In this document: positions 19,630 to 29,757 of the stretch, piece by piece | Layout of the letters: each line of letters starts with the position of its first letter | How positions within the stretch are numbered: the first letter of the stretch is position 1 | Source of the DNA: an uncultured Planctomycetota bacterium | GTDB lineage: Bacteria; Planctomycetota; PLA2; JAEUHO01 | Length of the DNA stretch: 64,000 nucleotides | Direction of reading: 5' to 3' | Assembly: GCA_963752285.1 (NCBI GenBank) | Contig: CAVVXN010000004.1 | Coordinates: 160,001 to 224,000 of the forward strand | Notes under the pieces: model-generated | The model's database searches: none | What the model was told of the DNA's origin: nothing | Seen by the model: only the letters and a program-made list of their open reading frames with translations | Translations under genes and position numbers: made by a program

Positions 19630-20060
19630 CGGTGGACTTTCTCTCGCATAGGCTCGCGATGCGGGCGCCGATTGGAGCCGCGGGTCGATGAATTCCGGTC
19701 AGGGGGTATTGCGGACGCCAGCACATGGAGACGTTCGTCTACGGCAATCGGCGCGCGAGCGACGAGGTCGGTGCGAACGAATTGGGTCGCGTAAGACGAA
19801 CGATCCATGAACTCCTTCGTCCCGCTCGCCACCGGGGGGAGGAAGCGCATCGGGATCGGATGCAGATCCGCGCGCGCAGTGGGCTGGTGCGATCGCGGAC
19901 GAGGTGGGTGAACGCGCTCCGCGGTTGGGTCCAGCCGCGCGGGGTGCGTGTGAAGAAGCACGCCGCGAAGAACGTGGGAGCGGGATCCCTGCATCCCCCT
20001 GGTCCTGCCCCCCCCCCCGCGCGCGGGGTCAGCCAGGAGATCGAGCGCTACCAAGCGTGG
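19630..20060 (+). pseudogene. Decayed IS110-family transposase fragment
   Basis: YGNRRASDEVGANELGR and LLRPARHRGEEA..RARSGLVRSRTRWVNALRG match the IS110 KxDxxDAxxLA and coiled-coil region. Catalytic residues are degenerate and the C-terminal domain is absent. Boundaries are approximate. Confidence 0.7.
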
Positions 20061-20138
20061 GGCCGCGGTGGTCGCGGGAGGGTGAAGACCGAAGGTGCGG
20101 GCGACGCCGGTCCCGCAGGGCGCCGCGCGGAGGGCGAC

Positions 20139-21539
20139 ATGAGCGTACGCGGAATCGGTACGGGCGGTTGGCGGAGAGCCGTTCGCACGGCGATGGGAGC
20201 CGGCATCGGCGTGCTGCTCGCCTCTTCACCGGCTCGTGCGGAGGAGCCCGTCGTCCTCGTGGTGGGGCCCGTCCACCTCGAAGTGCACGTCTCGCGGACC
20301 GCGCACCTCTTCCACGTCGTGGATCAGCTCTCGGGCTGGAGCCCGTTCTGTCACGCGCAGTACCGCCGGGCCTTCGAGGCCGACGAAGGCCTGTCCGCGG
20401 ACGACCTCGCCGCGCTCGCCCGGCACGCCGCCCTTCGGAAGCGCAAGGGCTGGGGCCAGGGGCTGGAGCAGACCTTCTACACGCCGCTCCCGCTCGCGCA
20501 GGCGCTCGCCGCGGGCGTACGGGCCGGTCGCCTCACCGCCGCCGAGGCGGAGGCGGAGGGGGAGGTCCTGTCCCACTTCGGGCCGCGCGTGGACGCGTTC
20601 ACGAGCCGGCGGCGGTCGTCCGTCCTCGCGTTTTGCGACCGCGTGGTCGCGTGGCGCGAGCGCCTGACCGCCGACTTCACGCCGCTGGCGCGACTCTGTG
20701 CCGTGCGCGATCTCGAGGTGCCGATCTACCTCATCGCGAACCCCGTCGGGTCGGCGCTCGGCGGCGGCTACAACGGCGGCCGCGTGGCCTTGGAGGTGGG
20801 GGAAACGGAGGACACGTACGCGACGCTCCTCCACGAGCTCTTCCACGCCCTCCTCGCGCCGCGTCACGAGGCCCTCGAGGAGGCCGCCCGGGGCGCCCCG
20901 AGCCTCGACGCGGAGACCGTGGGCGAGGGGCTCTGCTACGCGCTGGCCCCGGGCCTCGTGCACGACGGACCCGATCGTCTCGCTCGCGTGGCGAGCCGGG
21001 ACCTCGCGGCCGGACGACGGTTGTGGGACGCCTACGTTCGGTTCAACCGACTCGGGCTCTGTGTGCGCCCCATGCTCAGGGAGGCGCTCCAATCCGAGGA
21101 CGCGACGCTCGACGGGCTGCTCTCGCGCGTCGTAGACGCGTGGGTCGCGCTCCTGGAGCTCGAGAGCGCGAAGCCGACCGCGTACGTGCTCGGCCCCGCC
21201 TGGAGGGCCGCGACGACGCGGCTGCGCGACGAGCTCCACGTGGACGTCTTCTCCTTCCACCACGACGCCGGCGCCTACGAGAAGTCCCTCTTCTACCCAC
21301 GGGGTGGCGTGGTCGTGCTGCTCTTCGCCGCGGACAGCCCCGATCGCGACGTCCCCGAGAACGTCCGGGACCTCCTCCCGATCCCCTGGGCCCAATTGCT
21401 GGAGGATCTCCAGCGCGGCGGGACGCTGGAGAAGGAAGGGCACGCGCGCGGCCGCCGGGTGGTGATGCTCCTGGCGCCCACGACGGCGGCGCTCGGCGAG
21501 CTCGTCGGGAAGACGGCGCTGCTCGCGCGTGCGGACTGA
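20139..21539 (+). CDS. Secreted protein with HEXXH zinc-metallopeptidase motif
   Basis: GGAGGG RBS; signal peptide ending ARA-EE; GGGYNGG..TLLHELFHAL..E motif. Confidence 0.7.
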   Translation: MSVRGIGTGGWRRAVRTAMGAGIGVLLASSPARAEEPVVLVVGPVHLEVHVSRTAHLFHVVDQLSGWSPFCHAQYRRAFEADEGLSADDLAALARHAALRKRKGWGQGLEQTFYTPLPLAQALAAGVRAGRLTAAEAEAEGEVLSHFGPRVDAFTSRRRSSVLAFCDRVVAWRERLTADFTPLARLCAVRDLEVPIYLIANPVGSALGGGYNGGRVALEVGETEDTYATLLHELFHALLAPRHEALEEAARGAPSLDAETVGEGLCYALAPGLVHDGPDRLARVASRDLAAGRRLWDAYVRFNRLGLCVRPMLREALQSEDATLDGLLSRVVDAWVALLELESAKPTAYVLGPAWRAATTRLRDELHVDVFSFHHDAGAYEKSLFYPRGGVVVLLFAADSPDRDVPENVRDLLPIPWAQLLEDLQRGGTLEKEGHARGRRVVMLLAPTTAALGELVGKTALLARAD

Positions 21540-21584
21540 CGCCCCGGAGCCCGATCGGGCAGGCGAGATCCACGGCGCCGGCGC

Positions 21585-23918
21585 TCAGCGCGTGCCCGCG
21601 GGGCCGTCGTCGTCGAAGACCAGACGGATCACGCGCGTCTCGCCCGGACCAAGGACGATCGGGCCGGGGTCGCGGAGGGCGAGGCCCGGCGAGCCGGGCA
21701 CGTCCGCTTCGACGTGGTAGGCGCCCGCGGGGACGCCGTGGAGCAGGAGTCCCTCTTCGTCGAACCCGTCCGGCTGTAGGGGGCCGCTCTCCTCGCCCCG
21801 GAGCTCGAGCGCAACCTCTTCCGGCGCGAGCGGGCTCGGCGCGACGATCACGACGCGAAGGGTCGCGGAGCGAGAGAGCGCCAGCCGGACGTCGTGACGC
21901 CGCTCTCCCGCCTCGATCTCGACGGTCGTCGTGGCCCGAACGAAACCCGGGGCCGATACGGCCAGCTCGTACGTCCCGGGCCGCACCCCGCCGACGACGA
22001 CGGCGGCTCCGGTCTCGTCCGGTGCGGTCTCGCGGACGAGGGCGGGTCCCATCGACACCGTGAGCCCGCGCGCGGGGAGGACGTGGCCCTCGGCGTCGCG
22101 CGCCTGCACGTGCAGGTCGCACGTCGGCTCCGGTCGCTTCGTGTCCGACACGCCCGAGGGCTCTGCCTCTCGGCTCTCGGGCGCCCCGATCGAGAGGACG
22201 CTGCCGGCGAATCGGGGGACGACCCGCGTCCACGCCAGCGATCGGCCGCCATAGCAGCGGTGAGAGCGGCGCCAGCGCCTCGCGATCACGTGGACGGGAC
22301 CCGGCGGGACCTGCCGGAGCTCGAAGCGCCCCGCGGCGTCCGTCGTGGTCCGGTCGAGGAGCTTTTGGGCCGGCTCGCGGGGGACCGCGGTCTCGGGCCC
22401 CGCGCCGGCCGCGCCCGCGGGCCGCGGGTCGTCGGAAGCGCGGAGGAAGGGCGGAAGATCCTCGTCGTCCTCCGCGAGGTCGTCGGGATTCCAGGCCGCG
22501 TCGTAGACGGTTACCTCCACGCCCTCGCTCCCCCGTCCGTCGTCGCCGTGCACCTCGCCGCGGATCGTCCGCGCGGGCCCGAGGACGAGCGTGATCGGGC
22601 CCGTCTCGTTCGGGCGGCACCACGTCGCCGCGCGCGAGTACCCGGGGAGGTCGGCGGAGAGCCGAAACGGCGGGCTCTCCCACGCGCGGATGGCGAAGCG
22701 GCCCTCCGAGTCGGTGAACGCACCCTGACCCTGGATCCCAGCGCCGCGCGCAGGCCGTCCGCCCGGGAGCAGCACGACGCCACGGACGTCCGGGCAGAAG
22801 ACCGGAAGCGGGGCCGGCTCCGGGTCGCCGGACGGATCGACGAGGCCGATCCCGAAGCGTTGGACTTCTCCTTCGGCGAGCGCGTCGCAACTCTCGGTCC
22901 GGGGTCGGTACGGGGGCAGCGAGACCCGGAGCTCGAGGCCACCGTAGGCCCGGTCCGTCGGTGCGCGCTCGATCCGGAAGCGTCCGTCGGGACCGGAGGC
23001 GCCCGAGGCGAACACCTCGTCCTCGAAGGGATCGGCGCCGTCGAAAGACGCGTAGCGCGTACCGCGGGCGACGACGAGTCGAGCTCCCGATCGCGGCTCC
23101 CCCGTCTCCCCGTCGTAGACGCCGCCGACCAGGGTGGCGCCGGCGCCCATCTCGACGTCCACGTCTCGTCCGTCGCCGGGACCGGCGAGGACCTCCCGGG
23201 GCGCGAAGCCCGCCGCCCGCACGACGAACGTGCCGACGCCGTCCACCGGCAGGCCCTCGAGGCGCCAGCCGCCCGCGCCGTCGGTCCTCGTCTCGACCTC
23301 GAGGGTCGCGAGGCGCGACGCGAGCTCGTAGCAAACCGTCGCGTCGGCGATCGGCTGGCCCGCCGCGTCGTGCACGCGACCCTGGAAGGTCACCCCAGGA
23401 CCGAGGGGCACGTCTACGAGGTGCCCTGGGAGGAGATCGGGGATCGTCGCCTCGCCGCGCGCGCCGGCGTAGACGAGGAGCCGGAACGACGACGCCGCCG
23501 GTGGCGCCGAGACGTCGAGGGTGCCGTCGGATCGCGTGAGAAGGCCCAAGACCTCGGGCCGGAGCTCGGGCGGAGGCCCCGCGAGGGACGGGGCGATGGC
23601 GACGCGCGCGGCCGCGACCGGACGTCCCCCCGCGTCGATCACGCGGATGCGGACCCGCTCCGGGGGCACGGCGCACGTCGCGCCCTTCGGCGGCACGCAT
23701 CCGCGAAGGCGCGGTTCGTCGTCGGGGCCCGCGCGCGGCCTGTGGGAAAGGACCCGGACCGGCGTCCGCGCGGTCCCGACCCCGTCGCGCCCCGAGGGCC
23801 CATGGCCGCGCGACGCCTCCACCGCGTCGTAGCCCACGGTCATCGTCGCGAAAGCCGCGCCGGTGAGGAGCGCCGCGACCGCCACCGCGCCCAGGCCGCT
23901 CCTCCGCCGCGTCGCCAT
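21585..23918 (-). CDS. Carboxypeptidase-regulatory-like (repeated beta-sandwich) domain protein
   Basis: Repeated GRVHDAAGQPIADATV / TDxxGRF motifs; N-terminal TM or signal. Confidence 0.75.
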   Translation of the reverse strand: MATRRRSGLGAVAVAALLTGAAFATMTVGYDAVEASRGHGPSGRDGVGTARTPVRVLSHRPRAGPDDEPRLRGCVPPKGATCAVPPERVRIRVIDAGGRPVAAARVAIAPSLAGPPPELRPEVLGLLTRSDGTLDVSAPPAASSFRLLVYAGARGEATIPDLLPGHLVDVPLGPGVTFQGRVHDAAGQPIADATVCYELASRLATLEVETRTDGAGGWRLEGLPVDGVGTFVVRAAGFAPREVLAGPGDGRDVDVEMGAGATLVGGVYDGETGEPRSGARLVVARGTRYASFDGADPFEDEVFASGASGPDGRFRIERAPTDRAYGGLELRVSLPPYRPRTESCDALAEGEVQRFGIGLVDPSGDPEPAPLPVFCPDVRGVVLLPGGRPARGAGIQGQGAFTDSEGRFAIRAWESPPFRLSADLPGYSRAATWCRPNETGPITLVLGPARTIRGEVHGDDGRGSEGVEVTVYDAAWNPDDLAEDDEDLPPFLRASDDPRPAGAAGAGPETAVPREPAQKLLDRTTTDAAGRFELRQVPPGPVHVIARRWRRSHRCYGGRSLAWTRVVPRFAGSVLSIGAPESREAEPSGVSDTKRPEPTCDLHVQARDAEGHVLPARGLTVSMGPALVRETAPDETGAAVVVGGVRPGTYELAVSAPGFVRATTTVEIEAGERRHDVRLALSRSATLRVVIVAPSPLAPEEVALELRGEESGPLQPDGFDEEGLLLHGVPAGAYHVEADVPGSPGLALRDPGPIVLGPGETRVIRLVFDDDGPAGTR

Positions 23919-24092
23919 GGCGTACCGGTCGCAATCGACGTGCCTCGGGCCGCGGCCCCAAGTAGGCGCTCCTCCGTTCCCGCGACGCCGCGCACGTGGC
24001 GAGTCGGTGACGACGAGGGCCCCACGGCGGGGGTTCGAGGTCCCGCGCGGCGGTAGCATCTCGGACCGCGCTGCCGGGCGGGAGGAGGAGCG

Positions 24093-24902
24093 ATGCTCGC
24101 CATCGAGGTCGAGGGTCTCTCGTTCGCGTTCCCGGCCAAGCGCGTCCTCGAAGACGTGACGTTCTCGGTCGGGGAGGGCGAGGTCGTCGGCTACCTCGGG
24201 CCGAACGGCGCCGGCAAGACCACGACCCTCAAGATCCTCCTGGGCCTCCTCCGCCCGGAGGTGGGGCGGATCCTCGTCGCGGGGCTCGACCCGCGCCTCG
24301 ATCCGGTCCTCGTGCGGGGCCTCGTCGGCTACGTCCCCGAGTCGGGCGCGCTCTACGAGACGCTGACGCCCGTCGAGCACCTGACGCTCGTCGGACGCCT
24401 CCACGGGCTCGACCCGGCGCTCCTCGACGTCCGGATCGACGAGCTGCTCGAGTCCTTCGGGCTCAGATCCGTGGCGTCTCGCCGGATGGGCGGATTCTCG
24501 AAGGGCATGAAGCAGAAGGTCGTGATCGCCTCGGCGTTGCTGCATGCGCCGCGCGTTCTCTTCCTCGACGAACCCTTGAACGGCCTCGACGCGAACGCGA
24601 CGGTCACCGTGAAGGAGGTGATCCGCGGCCTGGCGGCGGGAGGCACCTCCGTCGTCTACTCCTCGCACCTGATGGACGTCGTCGAGCGGGTGAGTGACCG
24701 GGTGATCATCATCGACCACGGGCGTGTGGTCGCCGACGGCCAGATCGCGGCGCTCCGCACGCGCTCCGGCGACGCGACGCTCGAGGCCCTGTTCCAGCGC
24801 CTCACGGTGGGGGAGCAGACGCACGCGCAGGCCGCACGCATCCTCGGTGCGGTCCAGTCCGGGGGCGGGTCGGCGCAGGGTGGGGGCGAGCCGACGGCAT
24901 GA
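24093..24902 (+). CDS. ABC transporter ATP-binding protein (ABC-2 exporter type)
   Basis: GPNGAGKTT, FSKGMKQK, LFLDEPLNGLD, SSH. Confidence 0.95.
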   Translation: MLAIEVEGLSFAFPAKRVLEDVTFSVGEGEVVGYLGPNGAGKTTTLKILLGLLRPEVGRILVAGLDPRLDPVLVRGLVGYVPESGALYETLTPVEHLTLVGRLHGLDPALLDVRIDELLESFGLRSVASRRMGGFSKGMKQKVVIASALLHAPRVLFLDEPLNGLDANATVTVKEVIRGLAAGGTSVVYSSHLMDVVERVSDRVIIIDHGRVVADGQIAALRTRSGDATLEALFQRLTVGEQTHAQAARILGAVQSGGGSAQGGGEPTA

Positions 24903-26587
24903 CCCTTCCGTTCCTCCGGGCCTTCGGGGTCGATCCCGGGCGTTTCCAGGTGCTCCGGCGGGCCTTCTGGACGCTCTCGCGGAGGGAGCCGCCCGGGCTC
25001 GTCCAGGCGAAGGCGAACCGCCGCGGGTGGTCGATGGGCCAGGCCACGTGGATCTACGTGCTCTACGGCGGCCTGGTGGGCATCGCCGCCGCGTTCCTCG
25101 ACTCGCGGATCTTGTTCGGCGTGACGTTCCTCACGATGGCCCTCGTCATGCTCCTGCTCGCGGTCGTCGCGGACTTCGCCAGCGTGGTGGTCGCGCCCGG
25201 CGAAGACGAGATCCTCTTCCACCTCCCCATCACCTCGCGTACGTATCTCGCCGCGCGCCTGACCGTGGCGGCGCAGCACACGGCGGTCGTTGCGCTGGCG
25301 CTCGGCGCGATTCCCTCGGTGGTCGCGGCCGTGAAGTGGCGAAACGCGCTCTGCGTCCCTCTCTACCTCGGGGCGACGGTGTGGACGGGCTGGTTCGCGC
25401 TGGTCCTGGCCTTCGTCGTCTATCGGGCGGCGCTCCGGCTCCTCGGCGGCGAGCGGCTTCGCACCTTGCTCGCCCTCCTTCCCGCCTTCGTGAGCCTCGT
25501 CTTCGCGCTCGGTCCCCAGATCCTCTTCGCCGGGAGAACCCAGGTGGTGGCTGCGGGCTCCGTGTCCGCCTGGATCGACCGCTACGGCGTGTTCGTCCCT
25601 CCCGCGTGGTTCGCCTCGATCGTGGAGGCGGCGTTGCTCCGAACGGACGGTCCGAACCTCCTCCGTGCAGCGATCGGGCTCGCGGCCGTGCCCCTCTCGG
25701 CGTGGATGCTCGTCGTGGCGCTGGGCCGCGGGTACCTGCAGGACCTCCAACGACTCGTCTCGGGGCACGACGCCGGACGGCCGTCGAGGACCGGGCGTCC
25801 TGCCGTCGCGCCGCGCCGGCCCTGGAAATCCCTGCCGGGCCTCGAGACCGCGGAGGCGCGTGCGGGTTGGCTGCTCTACGCCGGCGCCATGCGGAGCCGG
25901 GCGTCGCTTGCCAGGGCGGTCCCGAGCCTCGTGACGCCGGTCGCGTTCCAGGTGTTCGGGGTGATCCAATCCCGGCAGGACGGCGTGAACGCCTTCTCGC
26001 CCATCGTCCCCTACCTGGTCGCGTCGGCGCCGGCCATGCTCCTCATGCTCCTCCCGTATCACGAGGACCACGACGCGGTGTGGTGCCTCCAGTCGTCCCC
26101 GATGCGCCGCTACGGGCGGTTCTGGCTCGGAATCGTGGGCGCGATGCTGGTGCGACACGTGCTCGTGGCGGCCGTCGCGGTGACCGCCATCGCGCTGGCG
26201 TTCGACCCGCGCTGGACGACGCTCGCGGGTCTGGTCCACGCGTTCGTCGGCGCGCTCCTGACCGTGTGCGTCGTGGGCGCGGTGACCTGGAAGCGACTGC
26301 CGTTCTCGCGCGCGTTCACGGGGAGCCAGGCCGCGGAGGGGATCGGCGTCACGTTCCTCGCGCTGCTCGTGCTGGGCGTTCTCGGCGGTCTCCACGCGCT
26401 CGTGCTCGCCTACGCCCCGTGGGCGTTCCTCGTCACGATCCCCGCCGCGACCCTCCTCGGGCTCCTCTGGCTCCGTAGCCTCGCGAACGAGCTGGACCGA
26501 AACCCGCCGGCGGAGCTCGCCCTTCGTCCGTCCGGCCTCCGTCCCGCGCGGGTCGGGTCGTCGCGCACCGGAAGCCGCCGATCGTGA
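24899..26587 (+). CDS. ABC exporter permease (multi-TM)
   Basis: Many TM helices; LFHLPITSRTYLAARL motif; ATGA overlap with the ATPase gene. Confidence 0.8.
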   Translation: MTLPFLRAFGVDPGRFQVLRRAFWTLSRREPPGLVQAKANRRGWSMGQATWIYVLYGGLVGIAAAFLDSRILFGVTFLTMALVMLLLAVVADFASVVVAPGEDEILFHLPITSRTYLAARLTVAAQHTAVVALALGAIPSVVAAVKWRNALCVPLYLGATVWTGWFALVLAFVVYRAALRLLGGERLRTLLALLPAFVSLVFALGPQILFAGRTQVVAAGSVSAWIDRYGVFVPPAWFASIVEAALLRTDGPNLLRAAIGLAAVPLSAWMLVVALGRGYLQDLQRLVSGHDAGRPSRTGRPAVAPRRPWKSLPGLETAEARAGWLLYAGAMRSRASLARAVPSLVTPVAFQVFGVIQSRQDGVNAFSPIVPYLVASAPAMLLMLLPYHEDHDAVWCLQSSPMRRYGRFWLGIVGAMLVRHVLVAAVAVTAIALAFDPRWTTLAGLVHAFVGALLTVCVVGAVTWKRLPFSRAFTGSQAAEGIGVTFLALLVLGVLGGLHALVLAYAPWAFLVTIPAATLLGLLWLRSLANELDRNPPAELALRPSGLRPARVGSSRTGSRRS

Positions 26588-27552
26588 ACCCCCTCGCCCG
26601 CGGCTGGTCCCGGCTTCGCGCGCTCGCCTCGCGGTCGCGTGCGCGGGTCGTAGACACCTGCATGTGCCTCAACGAGCTCGACCTGCTCGAGCTGCGGCTT
26701 CGGGAGCTGTGGGACGTCGTCGATCGGTTCGTCGTCGTGGAGGCGACCTTCACGCACGCCGGCGTCGAGAAGCCCCTCTTCCTCTCCGCGCACCGGTCCC
26801 GATTCCAACCCTATCGGGAGAAGCTCGTCGTCCACACGCTGACCGATTGCCCCGTGGCGTCGCCGCGGGACGAGGCGGAGCGGGCCGAGATCGAGCGGCA
26901 CCAGCGGGAGTCGATCGGCGAAGCGCTCCGGCCGCTCCACCTCTCCGGCCGCGACGTCGTCCTCGTGAGCGACGTAGACGAGATCCCTCGCGCATCCGAG
27001 GTCGCGGCCCTCGACCGGCGCCTTCACGACGCGCGGTTCGCCGTGTTCGTCGAGCGTCACTACCATCGCTACGTGAACCACGCCTGGCCCGACGGCTCGG
27101 GGCCACCCGCGTGGCTCGGAACGGTCGCGTGCCGGTACGCGACGCTTCGTCGCATCGGCGCTCACGAGGTGCGCCTGGGGAAGGGCCGTGCGGGCCGGCT
27201 CCTCGAGCGGAGAGACCCGCGGTGGAGCTACGTGGAGGAGGGCGGGTGGCACCTCACGTGGATGGGGGGCGCCGAGGCGAGCTGGCTCAAGGCGCAGCAC
27301 GTCCTCCACGTCCTCCCGGCCGCGTCGGGCCTGCGCGACCTCGGGCCCGAGATCCCGATCCAGGTCTTTTCGACCGACGTGTCGCGCGCCGAGTGCCGCG
27401 CCCTCCAGGCGGAGTACCTCGCGGAGGCCGAGGACCCCCGCTTCACGTCCCTGGACTTCGACACGTTCGAGATCGAGCAGGACGTCCCCCGCGTCCTGTG
27501 CGCGGACCGACGGCGGTATCGAAGGTGGTTCTTCTTCACGAGCGGCGTCTGA
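26584..27552 (+). CDS. Glycosyltransferase family 17 (GnT-III-like)
   Basis: NELDLLELRLREL..VDRFVVVEATFTHAG..KPL, SDVDEIP, GGWHLTW. Confidence 0.88.
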   Translation: MNPLARGWSRLRALASRSRARVVDTCMCLNELDLLELRLRELWDVVDRFVVVEATFTHAGVEKPLFLSAHRSRFQPYREKLVVHTLTDCPVASPRDEAERAEIERHQRESIGEALRPLHLSGRDVVLVSDVDEIPRASEVAALDRRLHDARFAVFVERHYHRYVNHAWPDGSGPPAWLGTVACRYATLRRIGAHEVRLGKGRAGRLLERRDPRWSYVEEGGWHLTWMGGAEASWLKAQHVLHVLPAASGLRDLGPEIPIQVFSTDVSRAECRALQAEYLAEAEDPRFTSLDFDTFEIEQDVPRVLCADRRRYRRWFFFTSGV

Positions 27553-27595
27553 CGGCGGGAGGGGCCGACCCGCCTCTCCGGTATCCTCGCGCGCC

Positions 27596-28546
27596 GTGCC
27601 GCTCGCTCGTGCGCCCGCCGCAGAAGACCTCGCCGCGCCCCGACCGCGGGGGGGCGAGCCCGTGCTCTTCGTCGGGCAGCCGCGGTACTTCCGCTCGTGC
27701 TACGAGGACGCCGTGCGCCAGGGGTGGGGATACGCCTACGAGGTCCGCTTCGGCCAGAAGGACCTTCTCGAAGGGCTTCCCGAGCGCGTGGCGGCCACGG
27801 GCGCGCGGACGTGCGTCGTCTTCGAGCCCTGGATGCTGGCGGACCGCCCCGAGCACGCGCGCGCCCTCCGGGCGGCGGGCGTGCGCCTGGTCGCGTACTC
27901 CACCGAGCCGCTGCCGCACCGACGCCGCGGCGCGCACAAGGACACGAAGCGGCGGCTCGCGAACGTGCGCCGCGCGCGCCGCCTCGACTGGGACCTCTGG
28001 ATCCACCACGACCCGTCGTCCGAGGCCCTGCTCCGCGCCGAGGGCTGCGAGCCGCTCGTGATCCACCCCCTGCCGGTGAGCGAGTGCCTGTTCTTCCCGG
28101 AGGCCGTCGAACGCGACGTCGACGCGTGCTTCCTCGGCTGGAGCTCGCCGCACCGGGAGGAGTTCCTCGCCCTGCTCGAGGCCCACCTCCACGTCGTCCA
28201 CGTGGCCCACGGCTTCTTCGACGAGGACGCGCGCCGCCTGATGAATCGCTCGAGGGTGGTGCTGAACCTCCACGCCCACGCCTTCGAGAACTTCGAGAAC
28301 CGGTGCGTGCAAGCTCTCTTCTGCGGTCGGCCGCTCGTGAGCGAGGCGCTCGCCGGCGGCTACCTCGCGCCGGGCCGGGCGTACGCGCTCGCGAGGACGC
28401 CCCGGGAGATGCTGGAACGGGTGAGGAACGTCCTCGCGGCGGGCGACGGCGAGACGCGGGAGCCCACGTTCGACCGCTCGCGTTTCCTCGTGGCCTCGCT
28501 CCGCGCGGTCCTCGCGTGCCCGTGGCCCGGGGCGGTCCCGCCGTGA
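27596..28546 (+). CDS. Glycosyltransferase, CgeB/Glyco_trans_1_2-like
   Basis: DACFLGW..HREEFL, NRSRVVLNLH, FENRCVQALFCGRPLVSE. Confidence 0.75.
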   Translation: MPLARAPAAEDLAAPRPRGGEPVLFVGQPRYFRSCYEDAVRQGWGYAYEVRFGQKDLLEGLPERVAATGARTCVVFEPWMLADRPEHARALRAAGVRLVAYSTEPLPHRRRGAHKDTKRRLANVRRARRLDWDLWIHHDPSSEALLRAEGCEPLVIHPLPVSECLFFPEAVERDVDACFLGWSSPHREEFLALLEAHLHVVHVAHGFFDEDARRLMNRSRVVLNLHAHAFENFENRCVQALFCGRPLVSEALAGGYLAPGRAYALARTPREMLERVRNVLAAGDGETREPTFDRSRFLVASLRAVLACPWPGAVPP

Positions 28547-29757
28547 CCGCGAAGGAGAGCGACTCGGTTGCGCGCGCCGAGGTGAAGGACGCGATGCGCG
28601 TCGCGTCCGACGCCGCGCGGCGACATCTGCGCCATCTCGAGCGTCTGGTCGGTACGGCGTCCGACCTCGAGGCCCCGTTCTCCGCGCGGCTTCGCCGGCG
28701 GCTCGCCCGCGTCGTCCCCGGCGGACGTCGCCGCGCGCTCGTCCGCCTCGTCGCGGGGTTTCGCGCCGTCGTCGAGGCCACCGAACGCGCGGCCGACTGG
28801 CAGGACGCCCAGGCCACGTACGCCCAGGCGCTCGCCGAACGCGCGGCGCGAGGCGCACCCGCCCGATCGTGGGAGGGCCCTCGCGAACGCCCCGCGCTCC
28901 TGGTCGGGACGGGCGGCGGCGGAACGCGACTCCTCGCCGACCTCGCCGCGCGTCTCGGGCTCTTCCTGGGGCCGCGCGTCAACGAGAGCTTCGACTCCGT
29001 GGCCCTCGCGCCGCTCGTCTACGAGCTCGTCGAGGAGCGCGGCGACGCGGTGGACCTGCCGGAGGGCGACGGGGCCCGGGCGAGGATCCTCTCCACCCTG
29101 GAGGCGGTGTACGGCGACTGGCTCCGCGAGGGCGAGCCCTTCGGCTGGAAGCTCCCCGAGTCGATCCTCGTCCTCCCGCTCCTCCTCGACGCGTTCCCGG
29201 ACGCGCGCGTCGTGTTCCTCGTGCGACACCCCGTGACCGCCTCGCTCCGACGCCCGCACGTCACGACGCTCCCCGAGCACCCGCTCGGTCGCGCGGTGCT
29301 CGCGGGCGCGTACCGCGCGGTCGGCCGCCCGCCCGGGCGGGTCCCGACCGACCCGCCCTACGTGCGGCACGCCCTCGTCTGGCGACACGAGGTCGGCCGT
29401 GCGCACCGGTGGCTCGCGCGAAGCGTCCCCGCCGAGCGCGTGCTCCGACTGCGCTACGAGGAGCTCGCGCTGAGCCCCCGGCGGTGCGCCGAGCGTCTCG
29501 CCGGGCACCTCGGCCTCGCCCCGCCGGGACCCGGGGACGCGAGCGGATTCGACGTGCGGCGCATCCAAGCGCCCGGGGACCGCGCGCGCGTGCGGGAGGT
29601 CCTCGCGATCTGTGGCGACGTCGCCGCCGAGGTCGGCTACGCGGACGGCTGGCTCGACGGCCCGTGGGAGCGGCCCGAGCGGCGCGACCTGTTCGCGATC
29701 CCGTCCGGACGCGCGTCGGGGACCTCCGGGCCGGGCCGGCGACCCGCCCCCACGTAG
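28543..29757 (+). CDS. Sulfotransferase
   Basis: VGTGGGGTRLL PAPS-binding loop, GWKLP, FPDARVVFLVRHP, LRYEEL. Confidence 0.85.
   Translation: MTAKESDSVARAEVKDAMRVASDAARRHLRHLERLVGTASDLEAPFSARLRRRLARVVPGGRRRALVRLVAGFRAVVEATERAADWQDAQATYAQALAERAARGAPARSWEGPRERPALLVGTGGGGTRLLADLAARLGLFLGPRVNESFDSVALAPLVYELVEERGDAVDLPEGDGARARILSTLEAVYGDWLREGEPFGWKLPESILVLPLLLDAFPDARVVFLVRHPVTASLRRPHVTTLPEHPLGRAVLAGAYRAVGRPPGRVPTDPPYVRHALVWRHEVGRAHRWLARSVPAERVLRLRYEELALSPRRCAERLAGHLGLAPPGPGDASGFDVRRIQAPGDRARVREVLAICGDVAAEVGYADGWLDGPWERPERRDLFAIPSGRASGTSGPGRRPAPT

Noticed and set aside
19725..21539. 604-aa ORF as an IS110-peptidase fusion
   Set aside because: The peptidase has its own RBS, ATG (20139) and signal peptide; the in-frame IS relic is most likely incidental
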